A DNA stretch of 64,000 nucleotides, taken from the NCBI GenBank assembly GCA_964531335.1, contig CAZHEV010000004.1:26958-90957 (forward strand). The letters run 5' to 3'. This document shows positions 1 through 8,383 of the stretch, piece by piece (the stretch's first letter is position 1; the number at the start of each line of letters is the position of its first letter). The stretch is from an uncultured bacterium (lineage in GTDB: Bacteria > Eisenbacteria > RBG-16-71-46 > CAZHEV01). The notes below the pieces were generated by a model. It saw only the letters and a program-made list of their open reading frames with translations, did no database searches and was not told where the DNA came from. The translations under genes were made by a program, and so were the position numbers.

Positions 1-228
1 TTCGGCGACCCCGAGTACGGAGGACGGCGAAAGGCTCTCAATTCCCTGCGAGGGCGTTTCGCGAGGGAGGCGGCGGCGCTGCTCAAGGGAATAGACAGGC
101 AGGCCCTTCACGCCTGGCGGCTTTCGCTGGTTCACCCAGCCCACGGCAGGCGATGCGAGTTCACGGCCCCGTTGCCCGAGGACATCAAATGGGTCTTGGA
201 GAGGCTGGAGGAGGGCCGGTCCGACTGA
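1..228 (+). CDS. rluD: RluA/RluD-family pseudouridine synthase, C-terminal part (5'-truncated by window)
   Basis: Frame 1 reads FGDPEYGG...IDRQALHAWRLSLVHP...FTAPLPEDI, the typical RluA-family C-terminal motifs; stop TGA at 226-228. Confidence 0.85.
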   Translation, partial: FGDPEYGGRRKALNSLRGRFAREAAALLKGIDRQALHAWRLSLVHPAHGRRCEFTAPLPEDIKWVLERLEEGRSD

Positions 229-241
229 AGGGTGGAGCGCC

Positions 242-583
242 ATGAAGGTGCTGAAGGAGCGGAAAGGCGACGTAGCGGTTTTCAGGCTGAGGGGCACTCT
301 TATGGGGGGGCCGGACTCCCAGGTACTCGAGGACGCCCTGGCTGAAACCCTCGAAGAGGGACTGTCGAACGTGCTCGTGGACATGTCGGATATTTCATGG
401 GTCAACAGCACCGGTTTGGGCATCCTTATTGCCGGGCACAGGAAGGTGACTGCCGAGGGAGGGGCTCTGAAGCTTCTCCACGTTTCAAAGAGGATCGAGA
501 GCATCCTGATGGTCACCAAGCTCAACACCCTCTTCGACAGCTACGATGACGAGGCGGAGGCGATTTCCGGCTTCTCCGGCTAG
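242..583 (+). CDS. STAS-domain anti-sigma factor antagonist (RsbV/SpoIIAA family)
   Basis: 113 aa; VDMSDISWVNSTGLG phospho-Ser motif. Confidence 0.9.
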   Translation: MKVLKERKGDVAVFRLRGTLMGGPDSQVLEDALAETLEEGLSNVLVDMSDISWVNSTGLGILIAGHRKVTAEGGALKLLHVSKRIESILMVTKLNTLFDSYDDEAEAISGFSG

Positions 584-625
584 ACGACGAATGGTATATT
601 TCGCCGGCCGGCCCGGCGGCCTCCG

Positions 626-1096
626 GTGAATCTGATGTCGAAGAACAAGAACAGCGGAACCACCGTCTCCGTGAGCCTTCCCAGCAATGTGAACATGCTC
701 GGCCTGATCGACAAGGTCGTGGAAGGCTTGAGCGAATACCTCGACCTGGGCCCCAAGGATCACAACGCCCTCGCCATAGCGGTCATCGAAGCCGGCACCA
801 ACGCAATCCAACACGGAAACAAGTACGACGAATCCAAACTCATAGACCTTCTCTTCGAGATCCATCCGGGATCGCTTACGGTCAGCGTCAGGGACAAGGG
901 CGTGGGCTTCGATCTCGATAAAGTCGAGAGGGACCTCAAAGACGCCGATCCCTTGAGGTTCAGGGGACGGGGCATAATGATAATGAGAGAGCTGATGGAC
1001 GAAGTCGACTTCCGCATCTCCAAGCGAGGGACGACCGTCACCCTGGCCAAATCCGTGCCTACAAGAGGTGGCGATGGTGACAGCTCAAAGGGATGA
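626..1096 (+). CDS. Anti-sigma factor / Ser-Thr kinase (RsbW family, HATPase_c_2); start may be ATG 635
   Basis: EAGTNAIQHG N-box, VRDKGVGFD G1 box, RGRGIMIMRELMD G2 box. Confidence 0.9.
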   Translation: MNLMSKNKNSGTTVSVSLPSNVNMLGLIDKVVEGLSEYLDLGPKDHNALAIAVIEAGTNAIQHGNKYDESKLIDLLFEIHPGSLTVSVRDKGVGFDLDKVERDLKDADPLRFRGRGIMIMRELMDEVDFRISKRGTTVTLAKSVPTRGGDGDSSKG

Positions 1097-1535
1097 GACA
1101 TCCACGACCCCGGCCGCGGGCCCCGTCCTGGCAGTGGATCTGGGAGCCCGGCGGGTCGGAGTCGCCGTCAGCGATCCGAGCCGCGTGGTGGCATCGGGGT
1201 TGGAGACGTTGCTGGTCAGGAGCCTCGCCGAGGCGGTCGACCGGGTCGCGGACCTGGCGGCGAGCCGCGGCGCCCGGCGGGTGATCGTGGGTCTTCCGCT
1301 GAACATGAACGGCTCGGAAGGCGAACGGGCGCGCGAGGCGAGGCAGTTCGCAAAGCTGCTCAGAGAAAAGATCGACTACGCGGTGTTGCTTTGGGACGAG
1401 AGACTGACCTCTGTTCAAGCCAGGAATGAGCTGGGCAGGCTCGGGGCGGGGCGTTCCGTCTCCAGGGACAAGGCAAGAGTGGACCGCGTCGCCGCGACTA
1501 TCCTCCTGCAATCGTATCTTGACAGCCTCAAGTGA
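1068..1535 (+). CDS. ruvX: RuvX/YqgF-family nuclease (pre-16S rRNA processing)
   Basis: LAVDLGARRVGVAVSD, VGLPLNMNG, WDERLTS, VDRVAATILLQSYL. Confidence 0.92.
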   Translation: MAMVTAQRDETSTTPAAGPVLAVDLGARRVGVAVSDPSRVVASGLETLLVRSLAEAVDRVADLAASRGARRVIVGLPLNMNGSEGERAREARQFAKLLREKIDYAVLLWDERLTSVQARNELGRLGAGRSVSRDKARVDRVAATILLQSYLDSLK

Positions 1536-1547
1536 GACATATCTAAG

Positions 1548-2543
1548 ATGAAAGCACTGGCCGCCGTCATAATGGCCTGCGTCATGGCCTTCGTCTTCTT
1601 CGCCAATCTCTACCCCTGGATCGTGAACGGGGAGGCGTGGGGCGTGGTGGAGTTCGAGATACCAAGAGGCGCGGCGGTGAGCGAGGTGGCCGAGATCCTG
1701 GCGGAAAAAGGCCTCATACTTAACGAGGACATTTTCTCGGCCGGCGCGGTGTTCATGGACATAGACAGGAAGATAGCCGCCGGGAAATACGTGGTCCAGC
1801 CCCGGATGAGTCTTCTGGATCTCTATCAGCTGCTTCAGAGAGGACAGCACCAACTTAATTTCGTGACCTTGCCGGAGGGTCTCAGGCTTACCGAAGCGGC
1901 CGAGGTTCTCGCCGGCGAGCTCGGCATGGAGAAGGAGTACTTCATGCGATGGGCTCGCGACCCGGACGTGGCGGCGGAGTTCGGGATCCCGGCGCGTTCG
2001 GTTGAGGGATACTTGTTCCCCGACACTTATGATATCCCGCCCGACACGCATCCAAGGGACATCATATCTACTATGGTCATGCGCGCCCTCGACTCCTTCG
2101 CTCGAGCATACGGCGAAGCGGACTCTCCGCCGGACCTGACGAGGCGCCAGGTCTTCGTGCTCGCCTCCATCGTGGAGGAGGAGGTGACCTATTATGACGA
2201 GGGGCCCAGGGTGGCGGCCGTGTTCCTGAACAGACTGCGCAAAGGGATGCCCTTGCAGGCGGACCCCACGGTGGCGTACGCTCTGGGTAAGAGAAAGAGT
2301 AGAATCACCTACCGCGATCTCAGAGTGGATTCGCCTTACAACACGTACAGGCACAAAGGCCTGCCCCCGGGACCGATCTGCAATCCCGGAGAGAACGCGA
2401 TAAGGTCCGTATTGAATCCCGCGTATCCATCGACGGAGATGTACTTCGTGGCAAGGGGCGACGGCAGGCACATCTTCTCGGAGACCATCGATGAGCACAT
2501 TAGAGCCAAACGGAGGGTCCGGCGCCAGAAAGGGGCCCACTGA
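1548..2543 (+). CDS. mltG: Endolytic murein transglycosylase MltG (YceG)
   Basis: N-terminal TM; EGYLFPDTY, LASIVEEE, LQADPTV, SPYNTY..GLPPGPI.NPG. Confidence 0.95.
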   Translation: MKALAAVIMACVMAFVFFANLYPWIVNGEAWGVVEFEIPRGAAVSEVAEILAEKGLILNEDIFSAGAVFMDIDRKIAAGKYVVQPRMSLLDLYQLLQRGQHQLNFVTLPEGLRLTEAAEVLAGELGMEKEYFMRWARDPDVAAEFGIPARSVEGYLFPDTYDIPPDTHPRDIISTMVMRALDSFARAYGEADSPPDLTRRQVFVLASIVEEEVTYYDEGPRVAAVFLNRLRKGMPLQADPTVAYALGKRKSRITYRDLRVDSPYNTYRHKGLPPGPICNPGENAIRSVLNPAYPSTEMYFVARGDGRHIFSETIDEHIRAKRRVRRQKGAH

Positions 2544-3402
2544 GTCGCGCCGCGACGGCGGCCGATCGGCGCCCGCTTACCCCGACCAGGCCGCTCCCGA
2601 GGCCAAGCTGGAGAGGCTGAAGTCGTCTCTGAGGCGCATGGGGAGCGTGGTGATCGCCTACTCCGGCGGCGTTGACAGCACGTTTTTGTTGAAGGTGGCG
2701 AACGAGTGCCTGGGAGACAAGGCCCTCGCGGTAATCGGCCGTTCCGATACCATGCCGGGCAGGGAGTTTCGATCCGCGGTCGAGGTCGCGCGAAGCATCG
2801 GGGCGCGGTACGAGCTCATAGAGACGGAGGAGATGCTCCAGTCCAACTTCACGGAAAACCCTCCGGACAGGTGCTTCTTCTGCAAGGTGGAGCTTTTCGG
2901 CAGGCTGAAGGCGGTAGCCGAGCGCGAGGGCCTGGACTGGGTGGCCGACGGATCCAACTTCGACGACGCAGGAGACTTCAGGCCGGGGATGAGGGCGGCG
3001 GCGGAGCTGGGTGTGAGAAGCCCCCTTCTCGAGGCCGGTCTGGGGAAGGAGGAGATAAGGCTCCTTTCGCGGAGGGCGGGGCTTCCCACCTGGGACAAGC
3101 CCTCGAAGGCGTGCCTGTCCTCGCGCCTGCCCTTCGGGAGCGAGATAACCCCGGACAAGCTGGCGGCCGTGGAAGAAGCGGAGAACTTTTTGGAGGACCT
3201 GGGGTTCAAGGAGATAAGGGTGAGGCATCATGGCGAAATAGCCAGGGTGGAGGTCAACGAGGGTCAAATTTCTCGCCTGGCGAGCCCGGGCGTGAGAGAA
3301 CAGGTCGTTTCAAAGCTCAGATTCCTTGGATTCAAGTTCATAACCGTAGATCTGGCCGGCTATTCGACCGGGAGCTTCAACCCCGAGGGCCGGCCGGCCT
3401 AA
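2491..3402 (+). CDS. larE: ATP-dependent sulfur transferase LarE (PP-loop)
   Basis: AYSGGVDS PP-loop, RCFFCK, DFRPG, WDKPSKACLSSRLP, RVRHHG; exact start uncertain. Confidence 0.88.
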   Translation: MSTLEPNGGSGARKGPTESRRDGGRSAPAYPDQAAPEAKLERLKSSLRRMGSVVIAYSGGVDSTFLLKVANECLGDKALAVIGRSDTMPGREFRSAVEVARSIGARYELIETEEMLQSNFTENPPDRCFFCKVELFGRLKAVAEREGLDWVADGSNFDDAGDFRPGMRAAAELGVRSPLLEAGLGKEEIRLLSRRAGLPTWDKPSKACLSSRLPFGSEITPDKLAAVEEAENFLEDLGFKEIRVRHHGEIARVEVNEGQISRLASPGVREQVVSKLRFLGFKFITVDLAGYSTGSFNPEGRPA

Positions 3403-3445
3403 GGGGCGAAGAGCTGTCCGCCGATGGCGCGGGCCTGGGAGTGGT

Positions 3446-3730
3446 ATGGTGAGAAAGCAGGCGGTGGCGCGTAAAGCGAAGGAGGGTCGCAGGGCTCGCA
3501 GAGGCCAGGCCAGGGCCGCGGCCGAGGGCACGCGACCGAGGTTGCGTTTCGGGCGCAAGAACGTGGCTCTGTTCGCCGCGGGCGGGGTGAGCATCGCGAT
3601 AGGCTACGTCTTTCTAGCCGCCGGGTCTATCACGGTCGCTCCCATTCTGCTGGTCGCCGGCTACTGCGTGTTTTTTCCCATGGGCATTCTGGTGAGAGAC
3701 AGTGCCGAGGCCCGCGGAGGGGGCGAATAG
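3446..3730 (+). CDS. Small two-TM membrane protein (DUF3098-like)
   Basis: SD GGGAG before ATG; basic N-terminus, then FGRKN..TM..ITVAPILLVAGY pattern. Confidence 0.6.
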   Translation: MVRKQAVARKAKEGRRARRGQARAAAEGTRPRLRFGRKNVALFAAGGVSIAIGYVFLAAGSITVAPILLVAGYCVFFPMGILVRDSAEARGGGE

Positions 3731-3796
3731 CTCAGATGGAAGAGCGCTTGCCTTACACGCAAGTGGTCACAGGTTCGAGTCCTGTTTCGCCCACCA
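3721..3796 (+). tRNA. tRNA-Val (TAC)
   Basis: GGGCGAA/TTCGCCC acceptor stem, D-arm TAGCTCAG..GG, CTTGC-CTTACAC-GCAAG anticodon arm, GGTTCGAGT T-loop, encoded CCA. Confidence 0.97.
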
Positions 3797-3836
3797 CCGA
3801 GGCGGCACATTTGCCGATGGGACAACAAGTTTGACC

Positions 3837-3865
3837 TTGACAGGGGGGCTCTCAGGTGCTATAAT
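3837..3865 (+). promoter_or_regulatory. Consensus sigma70 promoter TTGACA-N17-TATAAT with extended -10 TG
   Basis: TTGACA 3837-3842, TATAAT 3860-3865, TG at 3857-3858. Confidence 0.85.
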
Positions 3866-3994
3866 GATCGATGATCGGGTGATGTAGGCATTCAGTCCTC
3901 TAGCCGCTTTACTCTGCTAGAAACTCCTCTCCCACTGGAAGCCTCGTCGACAGCCTCATCAGCCGGAAGCCCTTTGCTGTAGCGGCCTTTCGCC

Positions 3995-4023
3995 TTGACG
4001 GCGATAGCGATATGTGTTAGAAT
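3995..4023 (+). promoter_or_regulatory. Second sigma70 promoter TTGACG-N17-TAGAAT
   Basis: Near-consensus hexamers with 17-nt spacer upstream of the gene at 4166. Confidence 0.7.
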
Positions 4024-4165
4024 CAGTGCGTAGTCGAAAAGGAAATAATGGAGCTGATAAAGTGAATGAGAAAGGGGGTGAATGGACAAGATATACCGGA
4101 CCGGTGCTTGTGTTACGTCATCAAGTTTTCTAACTCGATGGGACACCTAGTGTCGTAGGGGAGGT

Positions 4166-4861
4166 ATGACGATGTCTCGACTGTTTTTGATGGTATTCGT
4201 AGCTGGCATGCTCGCCGTAGCTCCGACGGCCGGCGCGGATGTACCGAATTGCGACTGCCTCGACGATTATGATGTGACCTGGCCGGGCACGCCGGCGAAC
4301 TGCCTGTTCGTGTGCCCCGGTGCCTGGGGTCTGCCGGGCCACAACCCCGGCCAAATCGCCGACAACCAGATCTGCCTGTACAAGGACCAGAACTGCACGG
4401 ATCCTCTGGTCGGCTTCGACAACTTGAGGATTGACTTGACCGGCATAGTCGCGGACTCGATCTGCGTTTGCGACAGCGAGTGCGGAACGTTCCCGTACAT
4501 AATGCCGACGGCCGCCACTGACGCGAACGGCTGCACGAGCTTCCGTTTCCAGGGCTCGATTCTGCAGCTCGAGCAGGTGATGGGCACCGATGTGGCTTGG
4601 CTCGAGGTCTCCGGCTGCCAGGATAGGCCCGTGCGCTTCCGCGGCCCCGATGTGGATGCGAACTGCGACGTCGGTCTGGCCGACTTCGCGATCTTCGGCG
4701 CGGCCTTTATTATCTGCCCGGGCGAGCCGACGGGTTACCAGCACTACACGGTCTACACCGGACACTGCGCGCCTTGCCCGCAGCCCGCATTGGCCGACTT
4801 CGCGATCTTCGGAGCGCACTTCGGTCACACCTGCACCCCTGGCGCCTGCGATCCTCTATAG
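4166..4861 (+). CDS. Secreted Cys-rich protein with a duplicated dockerin/EF-hand-like C-terminal motif
   Basis: SD GGGGAGG; Sec signal ending AGA; 17 Cys; repeat LADFAIFGA(A/H)F, first copy preceded by DVDANCDV. Confidence 0.8.
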   Translation: MTMSRLFLMVFVAGMLAVAPTAGADVPNCDCLDDYDVTWPGTPANCLFVCPGAWGLPGHNPGQIADNQICLYKDQNCTDPLVGFDNLRIDLTGIVADSICVCDSECGTFPYIMPTAATDANGCTSFRFQGSILQLEQVMGTDVAWLEVSGCQDRPVRFRGPDVDANCDVGLADFAIFGAAFIICPGEPTGYQHYTVYTGHCAPCPQPALADFAIFGAHFGHTCTPGACDPL

Positions 4862-5044
4862 AGGAGAGCGGTTACAGGCAGCGAGGTCTGTATTCAGGTA
4901 CGTCGGGCGCCCCTGGGGCGCCCGCTGCCGCTGGAGGGACGACGAAAAGCCTTGGTGGGAGGAGGTGCGTACAGGAAGCTTGTGGTAATCGTTTCTGTAG
5001 TATCTTCGCCTAGAGGCGAAGGAGCTTAGAGGAGGGTGACAAAG

Positions 5045-5683
5045 ATGAAGAAAATGTTGCTGGCTATGTTGGGAGTCGCGTTGATTTGCGGAATGGCCGC
5101 AAACGCATATGCGACGCCGGCCAATCACAATGGCAAGTTCGCTCTGCACGTCGCGGGGCCGCATGACGCGAAAGTCAACACCTGTGACTTCGTGATGACC
5201 GACTGTACGACGATCGTGACCGAGGCGGACGTCGGCCGCTTTGACATCTACGCGCTGGCCATCGACGTGGTCGAGGTCACGGGCGCCAGGTTCGGCCTGC
5301 GCTGCGAGGAGCTCGACCCGCCCGCGTTCTTCTTCTACGGATGGACGCTGTGCGGCGACCTCGAGATCCCGACGGAAGGCTGGCCGGGATGCGGCGAGGG
5401 CAACGCCATTACCTGGTCCCCTGCGGTCACTATCCCGCATGTGACCATGGGTATCCTGGACGTCTACGTCTATGGCACCAACGCCAGGATGTGCATGGCC
5501 GAGGATCCGCGCGTTGGGTTCGCGGAGTTCTGCGACGATTCGCAGCCCGCGCCCGAGTGCAACAAGGTCACGGAGGACGCGGCCTTCGGTTGTGTCGGCG
5601 TGCTGAGGCCCGGCTACAATCCGTGCGGCGAGGTACCTGTCGAGAGAAGCAGCTGGGGCGCTGTGAAGTCCCTGTATAGGTAG
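5045..5683 (+). CDS. Secreted Cys-rich protein, paralog 1, C-terminal SSWGAVKSLYR tag
   Basis: SD GAGGAGG; MKK signal peptide ending AYA; homologous to 6002 and 16704 genes. Confidence 0.9.
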   Translation: MKKMLLAMLGVALICGMAANAYATPANHNGKFALHVAGPHDAKVNTCDFVMTDCTTIVTEADVGRFDIYALAIDVVEVTGARFGLRCEELDPPAFFFYGWTLCGDLEIPTEGWPGCGEGNAITWSPAVTIPHVTMGILDVYVYGTNARMCMAEDPRVGFAEFCDDSQPAPECNKVTEDAAFGCVGVLRPGYNPCGEVPVERSSWGAVKSLYR

Positions 5684-5706
5684 TACATCCCCATAGATGT
5701 GCGCCT

Positions 5707-5741
5707 GAGGCGGCGGGTCGCAAGACCCGCCGCCTCTTTTT
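5707..5741 (+). terminator. Intrinsic terminator
   Basis: 13-bp stem GAGGCGGCGGGTC/GACCCGCCGCCTC, GCAA loop, T5. Confidence 0.9.
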
Positions 5742-5785
5742 CCCGCTCCGGGGGGCGCCGCGGTGCCACAACGCGGTGAAAGCGC

Positions 5786-5814
5786 TTGACTTTGAGTGGA
5801 TTTATTGATATCAT
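5786..5814 (+). promoter_or_regulatory. sigma70 promoter TTGACT-N17-TATCAT (extended -10 TG)
   Basis: Hexamers at 5786-5791 and 5809-5814 in an AT-rich patch. Confidence 0.7.
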
Positions 5815-6001
5815 TGGAATGGTCGGGGGGATCCAAGGGATTCCCCGGCTTTTTTTGGGGACAATCCTCTTGCTCGTGTAATCGAGGGTGCGGTTTTTCG
5901 GGAAGGAGGTGAAGCAGCCCAGGTTGGTCGAGTTCCGGATGCAAGTCGGGTGTTTTTCGACACTTTCCGAGCCGTTTCGTTTATCAGGGAGGGTAAGCAA
6001 A

Positions 6002-6643
6002 ATGAAGAAACTGTTACTTGCGACAATTGGGCTGGCCTTTCTCTGCTGCATGATCGCCGATGTGCACGCCGCCCCTAACGCGAACGCGAAGTGGGCGCTT
6101 CACAACGCGGGCGCGCACGACGCCAAGAACCACACCTGCGACTTTGTTCTGGCCGATTGTACCGGCATCGTCACCGACGGCGGCGCCGGCGGCCAAAGAA
6201 ACGACATCTATCTGATCGTGGTCGACGTCGGCGAGACGGACATAACCGCCACCAGGTACGGTATCTGCTGCGACGGTCCGTTCTATTTCTACGGATGGAG
6301 CAACTGCGCGGACCTCGAGCTTCCAACCGAGGGCTGGCCGGGATGCGGCGAGGGCAACGCGCAGACCTTCTCGCTTCCGCAGGCCGGGCCGCACGTGACG
6401 TTCGGCATCTTCGATCTGTACATTTACGGAAGCTCCGTTTCCATGAGCATCTGCCCGGACAGCCGCGTGGGCTTCGCGGAGCACTGCGACGGCAGCGACC
6501 CGGCGCCTCTTTGCTTCCAGACGACCGATACGCAGTACTTCGGCGTGATGGAGTTCAACGGGAGCGGATTGGGCTACAATCCCTGCGACGTCGTTCCCGT
6601 TCAGGAATCGAGCTGGGGCGCCGTGAAGTCCATTTATAGGTAA
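6002..6643 (+). CDS. Secreted Cys-rich protein, paralog 2, C-terminal SSWGAVKSIYR tag
   Basis: SD GGAGG; MKKLLL signal ending VHA; strong similarity to paralog 1 (e.g. PTEGWPGCGEGNA). Confidence 0.9.
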   Translation: MKKLLLATIGLAFLCCMIADVHAAPNANAKWALHNAGAHDAKNHTCDFVLADCTGIVTDGGAGGQRNDIYLIVVDVGETDITATRYGICCDGPFYFYGWSNCADLELPTEGWPGCGEGNAQTFSLPQAGPHVTFGIFDLYIYGSSVSMSICPDSRVGFAEHCDGSDPAPLCFQTTDTQYFGVMEFNGSGLGYNPCDVVPVQESSWGAVKSIYR

Positions 6644-6666
6644 GTTTCAGCGTATAGATCGACGCG

Positions 6667-6700
6667 AAGGCGGCGGGCCCCGGCGGCCCGCCGCCTTTGT
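6667..6700 (+). terminator. Intrinsic terminator, stem homologous to that of paralog 1
   Basis: AAGGCGGCGGGCC/GGCCCGCCGCCTT followed by TGT. Confidence 0.7.
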
Positions 6701-6787
6701 GCGCTGTTGCCGCCGCGCGCCGCGCCGTGGTATCATCTCCCTGGATCGCCCTTTCCCCGGCCCCCTTAGCTTGTTACCAATGAGGAC

Positions 6788-8380
6788 ATGATGGACATGA
6801 CCAGAAGACCCCACAAGCGCCTCCCGGCGCGCTCATCTACGGCTCGAATCGCCATCTTGGCCGCGCTGTGCGTCGCCGCGGCGGCGTGCTTCGGAGCCAT
6901 CGGCGGCTGCGGCGAAGGCGAAGAGGCCCCGAAGGGACGGGTGTTCCTGCTCGGGCTGGACGGGGCCACGTACGATCTAATAGGCCCTTGGCTGGAGCAG
7001 GGGGCCCTTCCGAACCTGCGCGCCTTCATGGACAAAGGCGCCTACGGCACCTTGTACTCGGTCGTCCCGCCCATGTCGCCGCCGGCCTGGTCCTCGGCGA
7101 TAACCGGAGTGAACCCCGGCAAGCACGCGATGTACGACTGGTACCGGCGTCTTCCCAATTCGCGGGCCCTGGTCTCCGAGACCTCGAAGAGCCTGAGGAC
7201 CAAGGCGATCTGGACGCTGCTCAGCGAGGAAGGAAGGCCCGTGGGGGTGATAAACGTCCCCTTGACCGATCCTCCCTCGGAGGTCAACGGCTTCATGATA
7301 TCGGGCATGCCTCACACGGAGCCCACGAGCTACACCTATCCGCCGGAGCTGAGGGACTCCCTGGAAGGGTACATGACGGACTCAATGGGGGATCATCTCG
7401 AGAAGGACAACGCGGAGGAGCTCCTGGAAAAGTTAATGAAGACTTACAGGGAGCGGCTCGAGGCAACGCTCCGTCTGATGCGGGAGCGTCCCTGGGACAT
7501 GTTCTGGGTGGTGTTCACGGCCACCGACCGCATACAGCACTACTACTGGAAATTCATGGACGAAAACCATCCCAAGTACGATCCGGACGCGCCGGCGCTT
7601 CTCAAGAACGCCATATACGATCTCTGGATCGAGATCGACGAGGACATAGGCCGCATACTGGATGCGATGCCGCAGGACGCTACCGTGATCATCATGTCCG
7701 ATCACGGGTTCGGGCCGATCTACAAGGAGGTCAGGCTTCACAACCTGGTCAGGGGGCGTGACCTCGAAGGGGAGGCCGTCTGCTATACCGACGGCGCCAT
7801 AGCGCAGCTCATCTATCTCGACATGCAGGGCAAGCTGCCCTACGGGGTCGTCCCGCCGGAGCGGTACGAAGAGGTGCGCGACGAGATCGCCCGCGCGCTG
7901 CTGGACCTCAGGGATCCGGAGACCGGCGAGACGGTGGTGGATACGGTCTACAAGAAGGAGGAGGTCTACGAAGGGAGATATCTCTCAAAGGCTCCCGACC
8001 TGGTCGCCCTGGAGAAGCCGTTCTACTACATGCAGGGCGACACGGTGGCGGGCAGAGACCCTCTGGGTCCGGTGACTACCACCTTCAGCGCCTTTCACCA
8101 GCCGAACGGGATAGTGGCGGTGGTGGGGCCGGGGATAAGCCCGGGCGAGGTGCGCGCCGACCTGTCGCTGATGGACATAGCACCCACTATCCTCTACATG
8201 CTCGGCGAGCCGGTGCGAAGCTACATGGACGGGCGGGTCATAACCGAACTCTTCACGGACGAGTATCTCTCGGACAATCCGATACGCTTCAGCGAGGAGA
8301 GGTCCGATGTCGAGGACGAGGAGCCCGAGTACACCGACGAGGAGCTGGAGAAGCTCAAGGCCGTTCCCTACCTGAGATAG
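6788..8380 (+). CDS. Alkaline-phosphatase-superfamily (type I phosphodiesterase/nucleotide pyrophosphatase) probable lipoprotein
   Basis: LGLDGAT, PPMSPPAWSSAITG.NPGKH, DRIQHYYW, MSDHGF, H.PNG, DIAPTIL; signal ending IGGC. Confidence 0.85.
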   Translation: MMDMTRRPHKRLPARSSTARIAILAALCVAAAACFGAIGGCGEGEEAPKGRVFLLGLDGATYDLIGPWLEQGALPNLRAFMDKGAYGTLYSVVPPMSPPAWSSAITGVNPGKHAMYDWYRRLPNSRALVSETSKSLRTKAIWTLLSEEGRPVGVINVPLTDPPSEVNGFMISGMPHTEPTSYTYPPELRDSLEGYMTDSMGDHLEKDNAEELLEKLMKTYRERLEATLRLMRERPWDMFWVVFTATDRIQHYYWKFMDENHPKYDPDAPALLKNAIYDLWIEIDEDIGRILDAMPQDATVIIMSDHGFGPIYKEVRLHNLVRGRDLEGEAVCYTDGAIAQLIYLDMQGKLPYGVVPPERYEEVRDEIARALLDLRDPETGETVVDTVYKKEEVYEGRYLSKAPDLVALEKPFYYMQGDTVAGRDPLGPVTTTFSAFHQPNGIVAVVGPGISPGEVRADLSLMDIAPTILYMLGEPVRSYMDGRVITELFTDEYLSDNPIRFSEERSDVEDEEPEYTDEELEKLKAVPYLR

Positions 8381-8383
8381 GTC

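Noticed and set aside
5898-5923. SRP RNA domain IV (GGAAG..GAAGCAGCC)
   Set aside because: Lacks the 5' TCAGG strand and the GNRA-capped geometry
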